Below, piece after piece: positions 28,905 to 38,082 of a DNA stretch of 64,000 bases. Position 1 is the stretch's first letter. Each line of letters begins with the position of its first letter. The notes below the pieces were generated by a model. It saw only the letters and a program-made list of their open reading frames with translations. It did not search any database and was not told where the DNA came from. Made by a program: the position numbers and the translations under genes. Location of the stretch: NCBI GenBank assembly GCA_964632045.1, contig CAZWBB010000001.1:1-64000 (forward strand), given 5' to 3'. The DNA is from an uncultured Methanosarcinales archaeon (GTDB lineage: Archaea; Nanobdellota; Nanobdellia; Woesearchaeales; GW2011-AR9).

Positions 28905-29510
28905 CCCCAACAACTTAACCACAGACTTAGAAAGAGATTCTGAGTCATCAAAATCACCCGCATGGTCTCTCGCTGATTTGACAATATCCATCACATTGTT
29001 AATATCATATTCGGGTAACTCTCCCATTTTGTAGAGAACCCTTCTAGTTGCTCTTGCCAGATCTCCAACATCTGTAAAATCTCCCAGATAGAGCCAGGGA
29101 ATAAGCCATAACGCATCTTCAGCCGGGATATCATTCTCCGCCAAAGCATCTTTGGTTATTGCCACTGCATTTTTCATCCTGTCCAGATCATCAAAATCAC
29201 CTGCATCCTTACTATAAGCCTCCATCAGTTTGGGAGTGTACTTATTCAATTCCTTGATCCGCCGCCCAACCAACTGTTTATGCTTTTTCTCCCTGGCGAT
29301 CTCCTTCCGCCTTTGATCCTCCTGTCGCTTCACCATTTTCTGCAACGACGTATTCTTGTCAGGTGGAGCTGTCAGCAGCATGGGATTGACCCGGTCGACC
29401 AGATCAGAGAGTTCTCCTTTATACCTGCCTTCCTTTGTTGCCAGTTGATAAGAAAAAGCACCATCTGCTGCTTGTTGACATGTGCGAAGGATGTATGATC
29501 TACACCTCAA
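28902..29510 (-). CDS. Hypothetical protein
   Basis: 202-aa ORF. No motif. Confidence 0.45.
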   Translation of the reverse strand: MRCRSYILRTCQQAADGAFSYQLATKEGRYKGELSDLVDRVNPMLLTAPPDKNTSLQKMVKRQEDQRRKEIAREKKHKQLVGRRIKELNKYTPKLMEAYSKDAGDFDDLDRMKNAVAITKDALAENDIPAEDALWLIPWLYLGDFTDVGDLARATRRVLYKMGELPEYDINNVMDIVKSARDHAGDFDDSESLSKSVVKLLG

Positions 29511-29602
29511 AGAATGGTCATGAGCCAGGGAAACCAGAGATTATCAGATTCTACAGGAAAATGCTGACCAACCAAACAGAAAGCTAAACTCAGTTTTCTC
29601 AC

Positions 29603-30514
29603 CTACTTATATCGAGGGGGAGGTGGCGGCGGCAACCCCGATTTTGTCTTAGTCTCAGTCTTCTTATCTCCTGGAGCAGGTGGTGGGGGAGTATGTGTCC
29701 TACCTAGCATCATCGTGTGTTTGACTTCTGGCCCAGCAGCCTGTGCACCAGGCGATGGTACTGCCTGCCTTTGAATTGGCTGACCCGGTACTGCTGCAGG
29801 AATTGTTGGCGGTATCGTTTTCTGCTTAGCTTCTTTCAACTTCCCTTCCAACAAGGCGACTTGCTGTTGGATCATCTGGACTTTTGCAGGATCTTTCTCC
29901 AGATGCCGGTGAATACCCAATTCATGTTTCAAAGCATCTAAACGCTGCTGCAGCATGTTGATTCTGGCTATGGATTCTTGAGTGGGGGGGACAGCTGCTT
30001 GTTGTGGTCTCTGTGTAGACTGTTGAGCCGGTCGACCCAAACTTACCCTCAACTGCTCCGCTCTTGCCTTCCGGCCTACAACTCTTTCTCCGCCGATTTG
30101 CATTACCTGCTTACTTAAAGCAATATCTTCCTGTGTCCCTCTCCTGGCCAGATAATCTCCCAGAAGATGTGAAAGTTTCTCTACTTTCTGTTGCAGATCG
30201 TTATCTTTTTCTGCTCCCAGCTTCTTTTTCATGAAATCAATCTGCTTCTTTAGAGAACTTATGTGGACAGACTCTTCTTTTTCCTTCTTCAATAACTTTT
30301 TCTCTAGTTCAAATACTCCTTTAAGAAGATTTTCCAGGTGAACAATCTCTTTTCTGATAGAAAGCTTAGGTACTTTTTTCTGCGTTGCAAGGTACTTGAT
30401 TTCGTTGACCTTCTTAGTAATCTCCTCTTTGTTGAAGGCTTCCTTGTCCTTCCTGGCTATCTTTGCCGCCTTTCTTAAAAAATTTTTTGCTTTGAATGAA
30501 GGCATATGTTCCAC
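29603..30514 (-). CDS. Coiled-coil protein with C-terminal polyproline tail (…GLPPPPPPRYK)
   Basis: Long heptad-rich region (LENLLKGVFELEKKLLKKEKEE...). Pro-rich C-terminal third ending PPPPPP plus basic residues. Confidence 0.6.
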   Translation of the reverse strand: MEHMPSFKAKNFLRKAAKIARKDKEAFNKEEITKKVNEIKYLATQKKVPKLSIRKEIVHLENLLKGVFELEKKLLKKEKEESVHISSLKKQIDFMKKKLGAEKDNDLQQKVEKLSHLLGDYLARRGTQEDIALSKQVMQIGGERVVGRKARAEQLRVSLGRPAQQSTQRPQQAAVPPTQESIARINMLQQRLDALKHELGIHRHLEKDPAKVQMIQQQVALLEGKLKEAKQKTIPPTIPAAVPGQPIQRQAVPSPGAQAAGPEVKHTMMLGRTHTPPPPAPGDKKTETKTKSGLPPPPPPRYK

Positions 30515-31054
30515 CTATCTGAATACTCCGCCTCTTTTCTTCCCTCCTGTAGGAGGTGGAGGTGGCAAATCATTACTATCATCAATAGGAGGTGCCGCTG
30601 GCATCTCCGGCATTGGAGCGCTTCTTGCAGGAGCTCCACCTATTGGTGAGCCCATTTCGTGTTGAGACCTCATTGCATGCTGTGGTGGTAATGGTGGGGC
30701 TTCCATTCCGGGAGGGACCCCTAGCCCAGGAGAAGTTTTCTTCATCCAATCCTCCAACTTATCTGAGATGGCAATCATTCCTTTAGCGATAGTCTCGTTC
30801 TGACTGACAACCGCCTCCATTTTTTCCTTAACGATCGCCAATACTTTACCCGAATCTTCATCTTTGGATTCTTCCAATGCTTTATGGAAGATACTATTCA
30901 GTTCATGGATAGAATCCTTAAGACTTTCAATCTCTAGAATCAATTCCTGAATTTTATTGTCTGGCTGACTAAGTTTCTTCTTCAAAGCTTCAACATCATG
31001 TTTCAAATCGGCAAGTAGACCTTCAGGAATCATTTCATATTCTTCATTGGCCAT
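30515..31054 (-). CDS. Coiled-coil protein with C-terminal polyproline tail (…DLPPPPPTGGKKRGGVFR), paralogous to 29603..30514
   Basis: Start set at MANEEYEM (ATG 31054) with GGTGA RBS. Coiled coil, then Pro-rich region, polyPro and basic tail. Confidence 0.6.
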   Translation of the reverse strand: MANEEYEMIPEGLLADLKHDVEALKKKLSQPDNKIQELILEIESLKDSIHELNSIFHKALEESKDEDSGKVLAIVKEKMEAVVSQNETIAKGMIAISDKLEDWMKKTSPGLGVPPGMEAPPLPPQHAMRSQHEMGSPIGGAPARSAPMPEMPAAPPIDDSNDLPPPPPTGGKKRGGVFR

Positions 31055-31247
31055 GAATATCACCTTCTTTGTATACCAAAAGCACAAACTTATCGAACAT
31101 TCAATCGTGCCTTTCGGATATCCTAGCAGCAATGTCCGAATATTTATTGCCGCCGAGAGATATCATAAACAATAGTCATGTTGTATTTAAATGTTTCTTT
31201 ACTTTTCATCCAAACCTTAATATACTATTAATAAACTACTGGGTAAT

Positions 31248-32102
31248 ATGCTGTTTGAACTGGTGATGATGGCTTTGGCTATGGCTACTTTGGTAATAGC
31301 TTCTTTTACCGACCTCAAAACTAGAGAAGTCCCTGACTGGCTGAATTACGGACTTATTTTCGCTGCACTAGGCATCCGGTTTATTTATTCATTTGACCTG
31401 GGTTGGCAGATTATCCTAAGTGGCCTACTTGGATTCGTGGCCTGTTTTGTCTTGGCTTGCCTCTTCTATTACACACATCAATGGGGAGGAGGCGACAGCA
31501 AACTGCTTATGGGGATGGGTGCTGTTATCGGAATTACTTATCCTTTGAATAACAGCAGCTTTCTTTTATTGTGGTTTTTCCTAGCTTTGCTACTTTTAGG
31601 AGCATTTTTTGGAGTGATGTGGATGGGCGTACTGGCCATGAAACGGAAGGAACAATTCATGCAATCGTTCAAGAACAACCTGGGTGAATATCGAGGTGTG
31701 CATATTGGAGCAGGTGCGCTTTCACTGAGTTTTGCTATGATCAGTTTTGGCTTTATGCCCCTGTGGCCCATGGCAGTGCTACCGATCGCCTTTTTCTACC
31801 TTTTTACTTTCGTGACTGCCGTGGAAAGGAGCTGTTTCATCTCTGCAATCGATCCGATGAAACTTACTGCTGGCGACTGGCTGGCGGAAGACGTTTCTAT
31901 TGAAGGAAAGACGGTAGTTGCTAAGAAGACACTGGAAATGACAGAGGTAGAGAAGCTGAAACATCTGAAAAGGCAGGGCAAATTATCTTCAGTAGTGGTT
32001 AAGGAAGGTATCCCTTTCGTCCCTGCTTTTCTGCTGGCATACGTCTTCATCGTTATTGGTGGAGAGATGTTTAGTTGGGTCTGGGGTGTTGTTTTTGGGT
32101 AA
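31248..32102 (+). CDS. Type IV prepilin/preflagellin peptidase (A24 family, PibD/FlaK-like) with C-terminal extension
   Basis: FTDLKTREVPD catalytic Asp motif and HQWGGGDSKLL second Asp motif. Multiple TM helices. Confidence 0.75.
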   Translation: MLFELVMMALAMATLVIASFTDLKTREVPDWLNYGLIFAALGIRFIYSFDLGWQIILSGLLGFVACFVLACLFYYTHQWGGGDSKLLMGMGAVIGITYPLNNSSFLLLWFFLALLLLGAFFGVMWMGVLAMKRKEQFMQSFKNNLGEYRGVHIGAGALSLSFAMISFGFMPLWPMAVLPIAFFYLFTFVTAVERSCFISAIDPMKLTAGDWLAEDVSIEGKTVVAKKTLEMTEVEKLKHLKRQGKLSSVVVKEGIPFVPAFLLAYVFIVIGGEMFSWVWGVVFG

Positions 32103-32158
32103 CATTTTTAAATGATAGAAATTTAACTAATACTTTACAATATAAAAGAGGTGTCAAA

Positions 32159-32710
32159 ATGAATAAGAAAGCATCATTAAACCTTTCTATACAAGCGATA
32201 GTGATTGTAGTTATCGCTTTTGTAGTATTAGGATTAGGATTAGGTTTTGTACGTGGAGTCTTTGATGATATTGGAGGTCAGACAGATGAAATATTCAGTT
32301 CGGTATCATCTGATATCAAAGGACAAATCGCCAAAAGTAATGAACCTCTCTATTTTCCAAAAGAGAAGATGAATGTCGAAGCAGGAGAGGAAAAAGTGAG
32401 TGGCGTTGGTGTTAAGAACACGGGGGATGTCCCTCTGCAAATGCAGGTTGTCTTTGAGGTACGTGTTGGAAGTGATTTTGTTCCTTTCATCTCAGGAGAA
32501 GTCGGAACTTTTGGTGAAGGTGATTCGGAGTTTACTGCAGGAATCTTTTGGGACGACTCGATACAGCGGTTTGGTCCTACTGAAGGAAGAGCTATTCCGA
32601 TTACACTAACCGCTCCAAGCAAATTCGGCAACTATCTGTACAAAGTGAAAGTTATGAAAGAGGATGGAAGTGATTTCGCTCAGAAGACTTTCTTTGTCAG
32701 AACATCATAG
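32159..32710 (+). CDS. Pilin-like protein with class III (type IV pilin) signal peptide
   Basis: MNKKA|SLNLSIQAIVIVVIAFVVLGLGLG: basic N-terminus, then a hydrophobic helix. GAGGTG RBS 8 nt upstream. Adjacent to the prepilin peptidase. Confidence 0.6.
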   Translation: MNKKASLNLSIQAIVIVVIAFVVLGLGLGFVRGVFDDIGGQTDEIFSSVSSDIKGQIAKSNEPLYFPKEKMNVEAGEEKVSGVGVKNTGDVPLQMQVVFEVRVGSDFVPFISGEVGTFGEGDSEFTAGIFWDDSIQRFGPTEGRAIPITLTAPSKFGNYLYKVKVMKEDGSDFAQKTFFVRTS

Positions 32711-32720
32711 AGGTGATAGA

Positions 32721-32951
32721 ATGAAAAGATCAAGTTCAAAAAAACGGATGACCGAAGAGCAAGAGTTTCAGATAATGAAATTAGTGTTAGATAAGTTTCT
32801 CTGGTTAGGATTTATCGTCATGGGCTGGGGGATGTTTACTTCGATCAAGGATGGAACGGTCCTTCCTGGATTATGGTACATGATCGGAGGAGCTGTTCTA
32901 CTGGTGCTGTTTGCTGTGATTATCGTGAAAGAGTATGAGATATTCAAGTAA
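32721..32951 (+). CDS. Small membrane protein (76 aa)
   Basis: AGGTGA RBS then ATG 32721. Two predicted TM helices. The track ORF starts earlier at 32664. Confidence 0.45.
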   Translation: MKRSSSKKRMTEEQEFQIMKLVLDKFLWLGFIVMGWGMFTSIKDGTVLPGLWYMIGGAVLLVLFAVIIVKEYEIFK

Positions 32952-32962
32952 TCATTTTTTTC

Positions 32963-33391
32963 TTATTCTATTGTTCTGATGGGGTAGGAGTTCATACTCA
33001 GATACTTATTCAACACTCCCTCTACGATATCAATCGCCTGGTTAGTAATCTCTCTTTTCTGCCCAGCAGTATAACCAGCTTCCGGGAACGGTTCAAATTT
33101 TAGGACCCAGTTAAACTCCAGTTCCCCGCCATGAGGCACCACAAAGTAGCGTTTGTGCAGATTGACCAAGAAATCAGTCCAGTGAGGAGAGGTAGCTGAC
33201 AATATTTGAGATGCAAGTTTTTCGAATTCCTCCTCTTTCTCTTTTGGTACTTCAAAGATTATGTGAGCATACTTCTCTGACTGATCTACTTCCAAATCTT
33301 CAGAATGACCCTCACAACTGGAAGAGGTCTCTATATACGGCACCTTATTGAGCAACTCTACAAGATTCTTTATCCCTGGTTCGATTTCCAC
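32963..33391 (-). CDS. Hypothetical protein
   Basis: 142-aa ORF. No motif. Confidence 0.45.
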   Translation of the reverse strand: MEIEPGIKNLVELLNKVPYIETSSSCEGHSEDLEVDQSEKYAHIIFEVPKEKEEEFEKLASQILSATSPHWTDFLVNLHKRYFVVPHGGELEFNWVLKFEPFPEAGYTAGQKREITNQAIDIVEGVLNKYLSMNSYPIRTIE

Positions 33392-33586
33392 AAAACATAC
33401 ATAATCATTGACTATTTAAACTTTGAGAAAGAAACAACTCTATAGAATTGCTTACTTCGTCATTCTAATGACCCCGTATTGCCGTGGCTGCTCGGCTTAC
33501 TTTTAAGACGAGCCTCACGGACGCCACATATTGGCAATGACAGCAATTCTACAGAGCCGAAAGAAACTTACTTTACAATAGTCACT

Positions 33587-33599
33587 AAAATATATAAAG
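33587..33599 (+). promoter_or_regulatory. TATA box (AAAATATATAAAG) for the leaderless pilin-like gene at 33621
   Basis: 22-30 nt upstream of ATG 33621. Confidence 0.45.
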
Positions 33600-33620
33600 A
33601 TTTCCCCATTTCAACGACTG

Positions 33621-34172
33621 ATGGTTGATAAAAAAGCAGCGATCGGACTTTCCATAAATACACTTGTAGTCGTCATCATCTCTCTGGTCATCCTTTCCAG
33701 CGGCATCACTCTGCTGTATAAATTCATAGGGGGAGCTACTGACATACAAGAAGGACTCGACCAAAGGACTGCCGACCAGCTGGACCGTCTCCTTGTCGAT
33801 CAAGGCAAACAAGTTGCTTTGCCCTTGCACAGGGAGACCATAGACAGAGGAGAGGACCATATTTTTGGCATTGGTATCCTTAATATTGGTGGAGGCGAAG
33901 AGTTCACCATCAAGGTGACTCTTTCTAGAAATGTTGAAGAAAACGGTGAAATGGGCGCCCTATCGACTAATGACGTCTATGACTGGCTTCTATTTGATCC
34001 TGGCCCACACACTATCAGAGAGAATGAGCATCGCAAGGAAGGTATCCAGGTGATCGTTCCTAAGGATGCTCTCAAGGGGCAGTATATCTTCAACGCTCGC
34101 GTGTATAGGGAGGAAAGTGGAGAAGAAGTGCAGTACGGCAACACGCAGAAGTTTACTGTTATTGTAGTTTGA
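33621..34172 (+). CDS. Pilin-like protein with class III signal peptide (paralog of 32159..32710)
   Basis: MVDKKA|AIGLSINTLVVVIISLVIL is a near-parallel N-terminus to the other pilin-like gene. Confidence 0.6.
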   Translation: MVDKKAAIGLSINTLVVVIISLVILSSGITLLYKFIGGATDIQEGLDQRTADQLDRLLVDQGKQVALPLHRETIDRGEDHIFGIGILNIGGGEEFTIKVTLSRNVEENGEMGALSTNDVYDWLLFDPGPHTIRENEHRKEGIQVIVPKDALKGQYIFNARVYREESGEEVQYGNTQKFTVIVV

Positions 34173-34532
34173 TTACTCGGACCAGATGATCTTCATCCTC
34201 TTGCTGTAAAGAGGGAAACACAGTTGAGGATCTTTTGCAGCAAGTTTGGTTAGGAAAAGTATCATCCTGTTCTTTAGTCTTTTGTCCATCAGGATTCCAC
34301 CATAGATTGAAGCAAGAGGAATTGGCCTCAGGGCCTGTACTTCAGCCATCCTACCAGCCAGGCCACCTGTAGTGTACTCTATACTTATTCCTGCTGCCTG
34401 GCAAGCAGCCTTCTCTCTTTCGTGGATATTACTACCTCTGAACACAAAGAATCCGCTTTCTTTCACAAGTTCCGGATCGATGATAAAAGCGACAGCGTCA
34501 CCCCAAAAATCCACGTTGTTTGGATCAATCAC
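34173..34532 (-). CDS. Hypothetical protein
   Basis: 119-aa ORF. TATA (AGCTATAAATTC) about 120 nt upstream on the minus strand. Confidence 0.4.
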   Translation of the reverse strand: MIDPNNVDFWGDAVAFIIDPELVKESGFFVFRGSNIHEREKAACQAAGISIEYTTGGLAGRMAEVQALRPIPLASIYGGILMDKRLKNRMILFLTKLAAKDPQLCFPLYSKRMKIIWSE

Positions 34533-34699
34533 AATATCAAGTGATACAACATCCGGAAAATAAGACCCCCGGTGTGTTCCCAGGTCGACTCTGCGAGGCG
34601 GTTGCAGACCATTTTTTACAAAACGGGCTAAAGTAGATGGATGCCAGAATTTATAGCTTGTTCATAGGATAAGGATTCTGTGGCAGATAATAAATGTTA

Positions 34700-36739
34700 C
34701 TATCTAGGAAGACAAGTGTTACCTGGACAGATGGTGTTATCTGAATCCAATTTGCATTCATACCCAAGTCTGCAATCATTATCAGAATCGCAACCGATGA
34801 TGCAATATAGTGATCTATGATTACCATTGACTACCTGACAACAATGAGCACCAAAATCTTCACAACTATCATTGACGTGACCCGGGCAACCGGATGATAC
34901 ACACATCCCCCCTGGCCATTCAGAGATACAATGACCATCAATAAAATCATCACCTACAGAGTAATTTCTACAATCTCTTAATCCAATACACTCATCTCCT
35001 AACAGGCAATTAGGAAAACAATCAGGCCTGTTAGCTACACATGCTCCATCTACACATTGTTGGTCTTCACCACACTCATTCAATCTTTCTTCCCTATTAC
35101 CACAACTGTCCTGCCAATATACATCTCCATCGTGACATGTGGTGTTGGTATGCGACGCGCATTCAGATTCCTCCTCCACACATGCTCCATTTTGACAAAC
35201 CCTATCATCACCACACCACATTTCTTCATCCAGCCAGTTTCCGCAGGAGTCCCTTGACCATACGTCGTTATTCCTACATACATTTGAGGTTCTTGGCATA
35301 CAAACATCATGATAATCGTTGCATGTGGCTGTCTCATCACAATCAGCATCAGAGTTACAACGGGAATCAGAAACACAAACCCAATGATCAGAATTTCCAG
35401 ATGAAAGACAAAGACCCCAGTCTCTACAATCCCAATTTCCTTCACAAGGGTCACAGTAGCCAGCATCACCAAAACACGAACCTTCCTCACAAATACTGTG
35501 CCTTCCACATTCCTCTACTAATCGGCGTAGATTACCACAACTATCTTGATGCCATACATTGCCTTCGTGACATACCCTTTGCAGGTGCCGGCAAGGATCT
35601 GATTGCGTACATTCCCCCTCCCGGCAGTAACCTAGTTCACAGGATTCAATAAATTCTTCTATACGTCCACAGCTGTCTTTCCAATGTACATTCCCATCAT
35701 GACAGGTCCTATCGACGTGTGATGAGCACTGTGGGTCTCCTTCGATACAGCGTCCATCATTACAATTATGCCCATCGGTGCAGGGTGTTATGATGCTCCA
35801 TTCAAAGCAGGCATCATCATCCCAATTTCCACAACTTTTCCAGCCATTATCAAAGCACTCATTTTTTCCTTCAACACTGCATTCGTCCTCGCAGGTTTCA
35901 TCGCAACCATTTTGCTCGGTCAGATCCAAACCCATAAGAGTAGATGTAGGCGGAAATCCATGTTCCATCGGTCGGAAACTTCGGACCCGGGCCGTCTGGT
36001 CATCACGCATCTCTTCCTTTATCCTATGGGCTAAATAATCAGCCATCAAGCTGGAATATCCATCCATGCCAGTGGTTTTCTTAACCATAGCTGCACCAAA
36101 ATCAATATGGGTCTCCAACCATGCTCTATCTCTGCAACCATTATCATCCCAACCATTCCAACTAGCAAAACTCTCAGCCGATGCTTGATTTCTCTCTTTC
36201 TCTTTGCTATTGTATTCCACTTGCTGAAGCGGCATTTTTGTCAAACGATAGTGATGTCGGCTGTGGTGAGCAGCAATTTCCAGTTGGGGCGCGTAATCAG
36301 GATGATCTAAAAGGAATGCCTCGTAACCATCTCCATTGAAATATAGAACATTAACATCAGGTATGGCGTTAGCAAATTGGCTCTTCACCTCGACAACTAC
36401 TTCTTCCTCATCATCCTGGAAATATGCTTTTCCTTCCCTATCAGTTTTTCCGGAGTAAACAGGAATCCCTGCAACTGATTTTGTAATTATAGAATCAGGG
36501 CTAACGCCAACACATTCTCCTTCCTGACAGATGGTCTCTCCTATACAGTCTGAGTTATTGCTGCATTGACCAGTTTGATCCATGGGGATACATACAGAAT
36601 AATAACAAACCTCACCTTGAGGACAGTCTAAGTCAAATTCGCAGGAGTCATCCATTATTTTACATCCACTAACATAGGAGGAGATTGTATACAAAGATAG
36701 CAATCCGACAATTCCTTTTGAAAGTATATTCATCCCCAT
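34700..36739 (-). CDS. Large secreted cysteine-rich repeat protein
   Basis: N-terminal signal peptide (MGMNILSKGIVGLLSLYTISSYVSG). Six or more ~40-aa modules of the form C..G.V.W.DSCGN......C.....C..G.C. Central non-repeat region. High Cys content throughout. Confidence 0.7.
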   Translation of the reverse strand: MGMNILSKGIVGLLSLYTISSYVSGCKIMDDSCEFDLDCPQGEVCYYSVCIPMDQTGQCSNNSDCIGETICQEGECVGVSPDSIITKSVAGIPVYSGKTDREGKAYFQDDEEEVVVEVKSQFANAIPDVNVLYFNGDGYEAFLLDHPDYAPQLEIAAHHSRHHYRLTKMPLQQVEYNSKEKERNQASAESFASWNGWDDNGCRDRAWLETHIDFGAAMVKKTTGMDGYSSLMADYLAHRIKEEMRDDQTARVRSFRPMEHGFPPTSTLMGLDLTEQNGCDETCEDECSVEGKNECFDNGWKSCGNWDDDACFEWSIITPCTDGHNCNDGRCIEGDPQCSSHVDRTCHDGNVHWKDSCGRIEEFIESCELGYCREGECTQSDPCRHLQRVCHEGNVWHQDSCGNLRRLVEECGRHSICEEGSCFGDAGYCDPCEGNWDCRDWGLCLSSGNSDHWVCVSDSRCNSDADCDETATCNDYHDVCMPRTSNVCRNNDVWSRDSCGNWLDEEMWCGDDRVCQNGACVEEESECASHTNTTCHDGDVYWQDSCGNREERLNECGEDQQCVDGACVANRPDCFPNCLLGDECIGLRDCRNYSVGDDFIDGHCISEWPGGMCVSSGCPGHVNDSCEDFGAHCCQVVNGNHRSLYCIIGCDSDNDCRLGYECKLDSDNTICPGNTCLPR

Positions 36740-36780
36740 AAAAGCTTGGAGACATTAAAACATATAAAGTTATGCTTTTC

Positions 36781-37437
36781 CTACATCAACATCTCTCTAA
36801 GAAACTTCACTGGATTCTTTGCTTTAGGAACAGCATGCCCAATTAAAACGCCCTCTGCTCCCAACAGCAGGGCATGTCCCAGGTCTTCTTTAGAATGAAT
36901 CCCTGCCCCGCACAGTACTTTACTCTGCCTACTTATTTCCCTGGTTACTTCCACTGCTTTAAGGACAATTTCTGGTTTGGCTTTCGTAACAGAAATATCC
37001 CCACCAATAAGTTCTTTGGGTTCATAAGCGATAAAATTAGGATGGAGCTGAGCTACTTTCTTGACTTCGTGGATTGTAGAGGCACAGATGATCGTTGACA
37101 ACCTCCTTTTTTTGCACAACTCAACTGTTTTTTGTAGCATCGAGAAAGGAATTTTCCTCTCAGAATGGTTAAGGATCGTTCCTTTTACTCCCATTTTTTT
37201 CAGTTCCTGTACTGAGATGCTTCCTGTGTGTGCTCCGGCGATAATTGGGTCAGCGTGTTGTGCATAGATCGGAATATTTACTTTACAGGTAATTTCCTTA
37301 AGTGTCAACATGGAAGGAGCGATAGCAATCTGGTACTTTTGTCTCCTTACTTTAGCTATCTGTCTGGCCAAAGGAAGCGCTTTATCTCCAGCAGCCTCTT
37401 TATATGTCTTGAAATTGATAAGGATTAATGGTTTCAT
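36781..37437 (-). CDS. tpiA: Triosephosphate isomerase, archaeal type
   Basis: MKPLILINFKTYKEA, NHSERK, AYEPKELIGG and GAGI motifs. About 218 aa, typical of archaeal TIM. Confidence 0.8.
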   Translation of the reverse strand: MKPLILINFKTYKEAAGDKALPLARQIAKVRRQKYQIAIAPSMLTLKEITCKVNIPIYAQHADPIIAGAHTGSISVQELKKMGVKGTILNHSERKIPFSMLQKTVELCKKRRLSTIICASTIHEVKKVAQLHPNFIAYEPKELIGGDISVTKAKPEIVLKAVEVTREISRQSKVLCGAGIHSKEDLGHALLLGAEGVLIGHAVPKAKNPVKFLREMLM

Positions 37438-37703
37438 TTTCCTAACTTCCTATTTATCTCTTCCAGATTCTGGCCGACTTTCTTCAACGTATTCTTTGTG
37501 ATTTCTGAATGAACTTCTAGTTTAGCAGTCTTAGCATTCAGACTGATAAGGTAACCGGTCAGCATGACCACATACCCCATAATCAATTGCTGTACCGTGG
37601 GGCTGTCTCCAAAGATTCCCCATAACAAGAGGACAATGACTACCAAAGCACCAAGGTACATGACCACTTTAGAGATGGTTTCTGAAAAGCTTTTTGTTTC
37701 CAT
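37434..37703 (-). CDS. Small membrane protein, translationally coupled to tpiA
   Basis: Two TM helices. ATGA overlap with tpiA. Confidence 0.5.
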   Translation of the reverse strand: METKSFSETISKVVMYLGALVVIVLLLWGIFGDSPTVQQLIMGYVVMLTGYLISLNAKTAKLEVHSEITKNTLKKVGQNLEEINRKLGK

Positions 37704-37792
37704 TGCCTAAAACAGATATATTTTCGCCAGATAGATCAAAAACAAAACTAAAACGATCCACAACAACAGATTGTCAATATTAAGACTTTTAT

Positions 37793-38029
37793 TCATTTCT
37801 TCACCTTATACTTAACGTTGATGACATCCTTTGGTTTCTCTTTTTTAACTTTGTTGAGCATTTTGAAGAGGTAACTCAGAACCAGGATGATTATCGCTAT
37901 CGGTAGAAGGAATAGAAGTAGGTGGAATACCAGGACCAATATTACGGCGACGACTAGGATAGCAAAAAGAGCGATGATCCATGCTTTGAGTCCTCTTACT
38001 GTGTAGAGCATGAGTTGAAGAATATCCAA
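37793..38029 (-). CDS. Small membrane protein
   Basis: 78 aa, two hydrophobic helices, Lys-rich tail. Confidence 0.45.
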   Translation of the reverse strand: MDILQLMLYTVRGLKAWIIALFAILVVAVILVLVFHLLLFLLPIAIIILVLSYLFKMLNKVKKEKPKDVINVKYKVKK

Positions 38030-38082
38030 TAGTATAAAAGATGTTTGTATTACTCAAAAATGGTTTTGTCTACATCAATAAC

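Noticed and set aside
33430-33560. Possible C/D-box sRNA in the moderately GC-rich spacer before the pilin-like gene
   Set aside because: No convincing C (RUGAUGA) or D (CUGA) box pair with a terminal stem. Hairpins only. Retained as promoter/UTR.
35041-35652. His-rich 203-aa ORF on the plus strand (and other ORFs antisense to 34700..36739)
   Set aside because: Antisense to the Cys-rich repeat gene. His-richness is the mirror of Cys codons (TGT/TGC read as ACA/GCA and CAT/CAC). Spurious.
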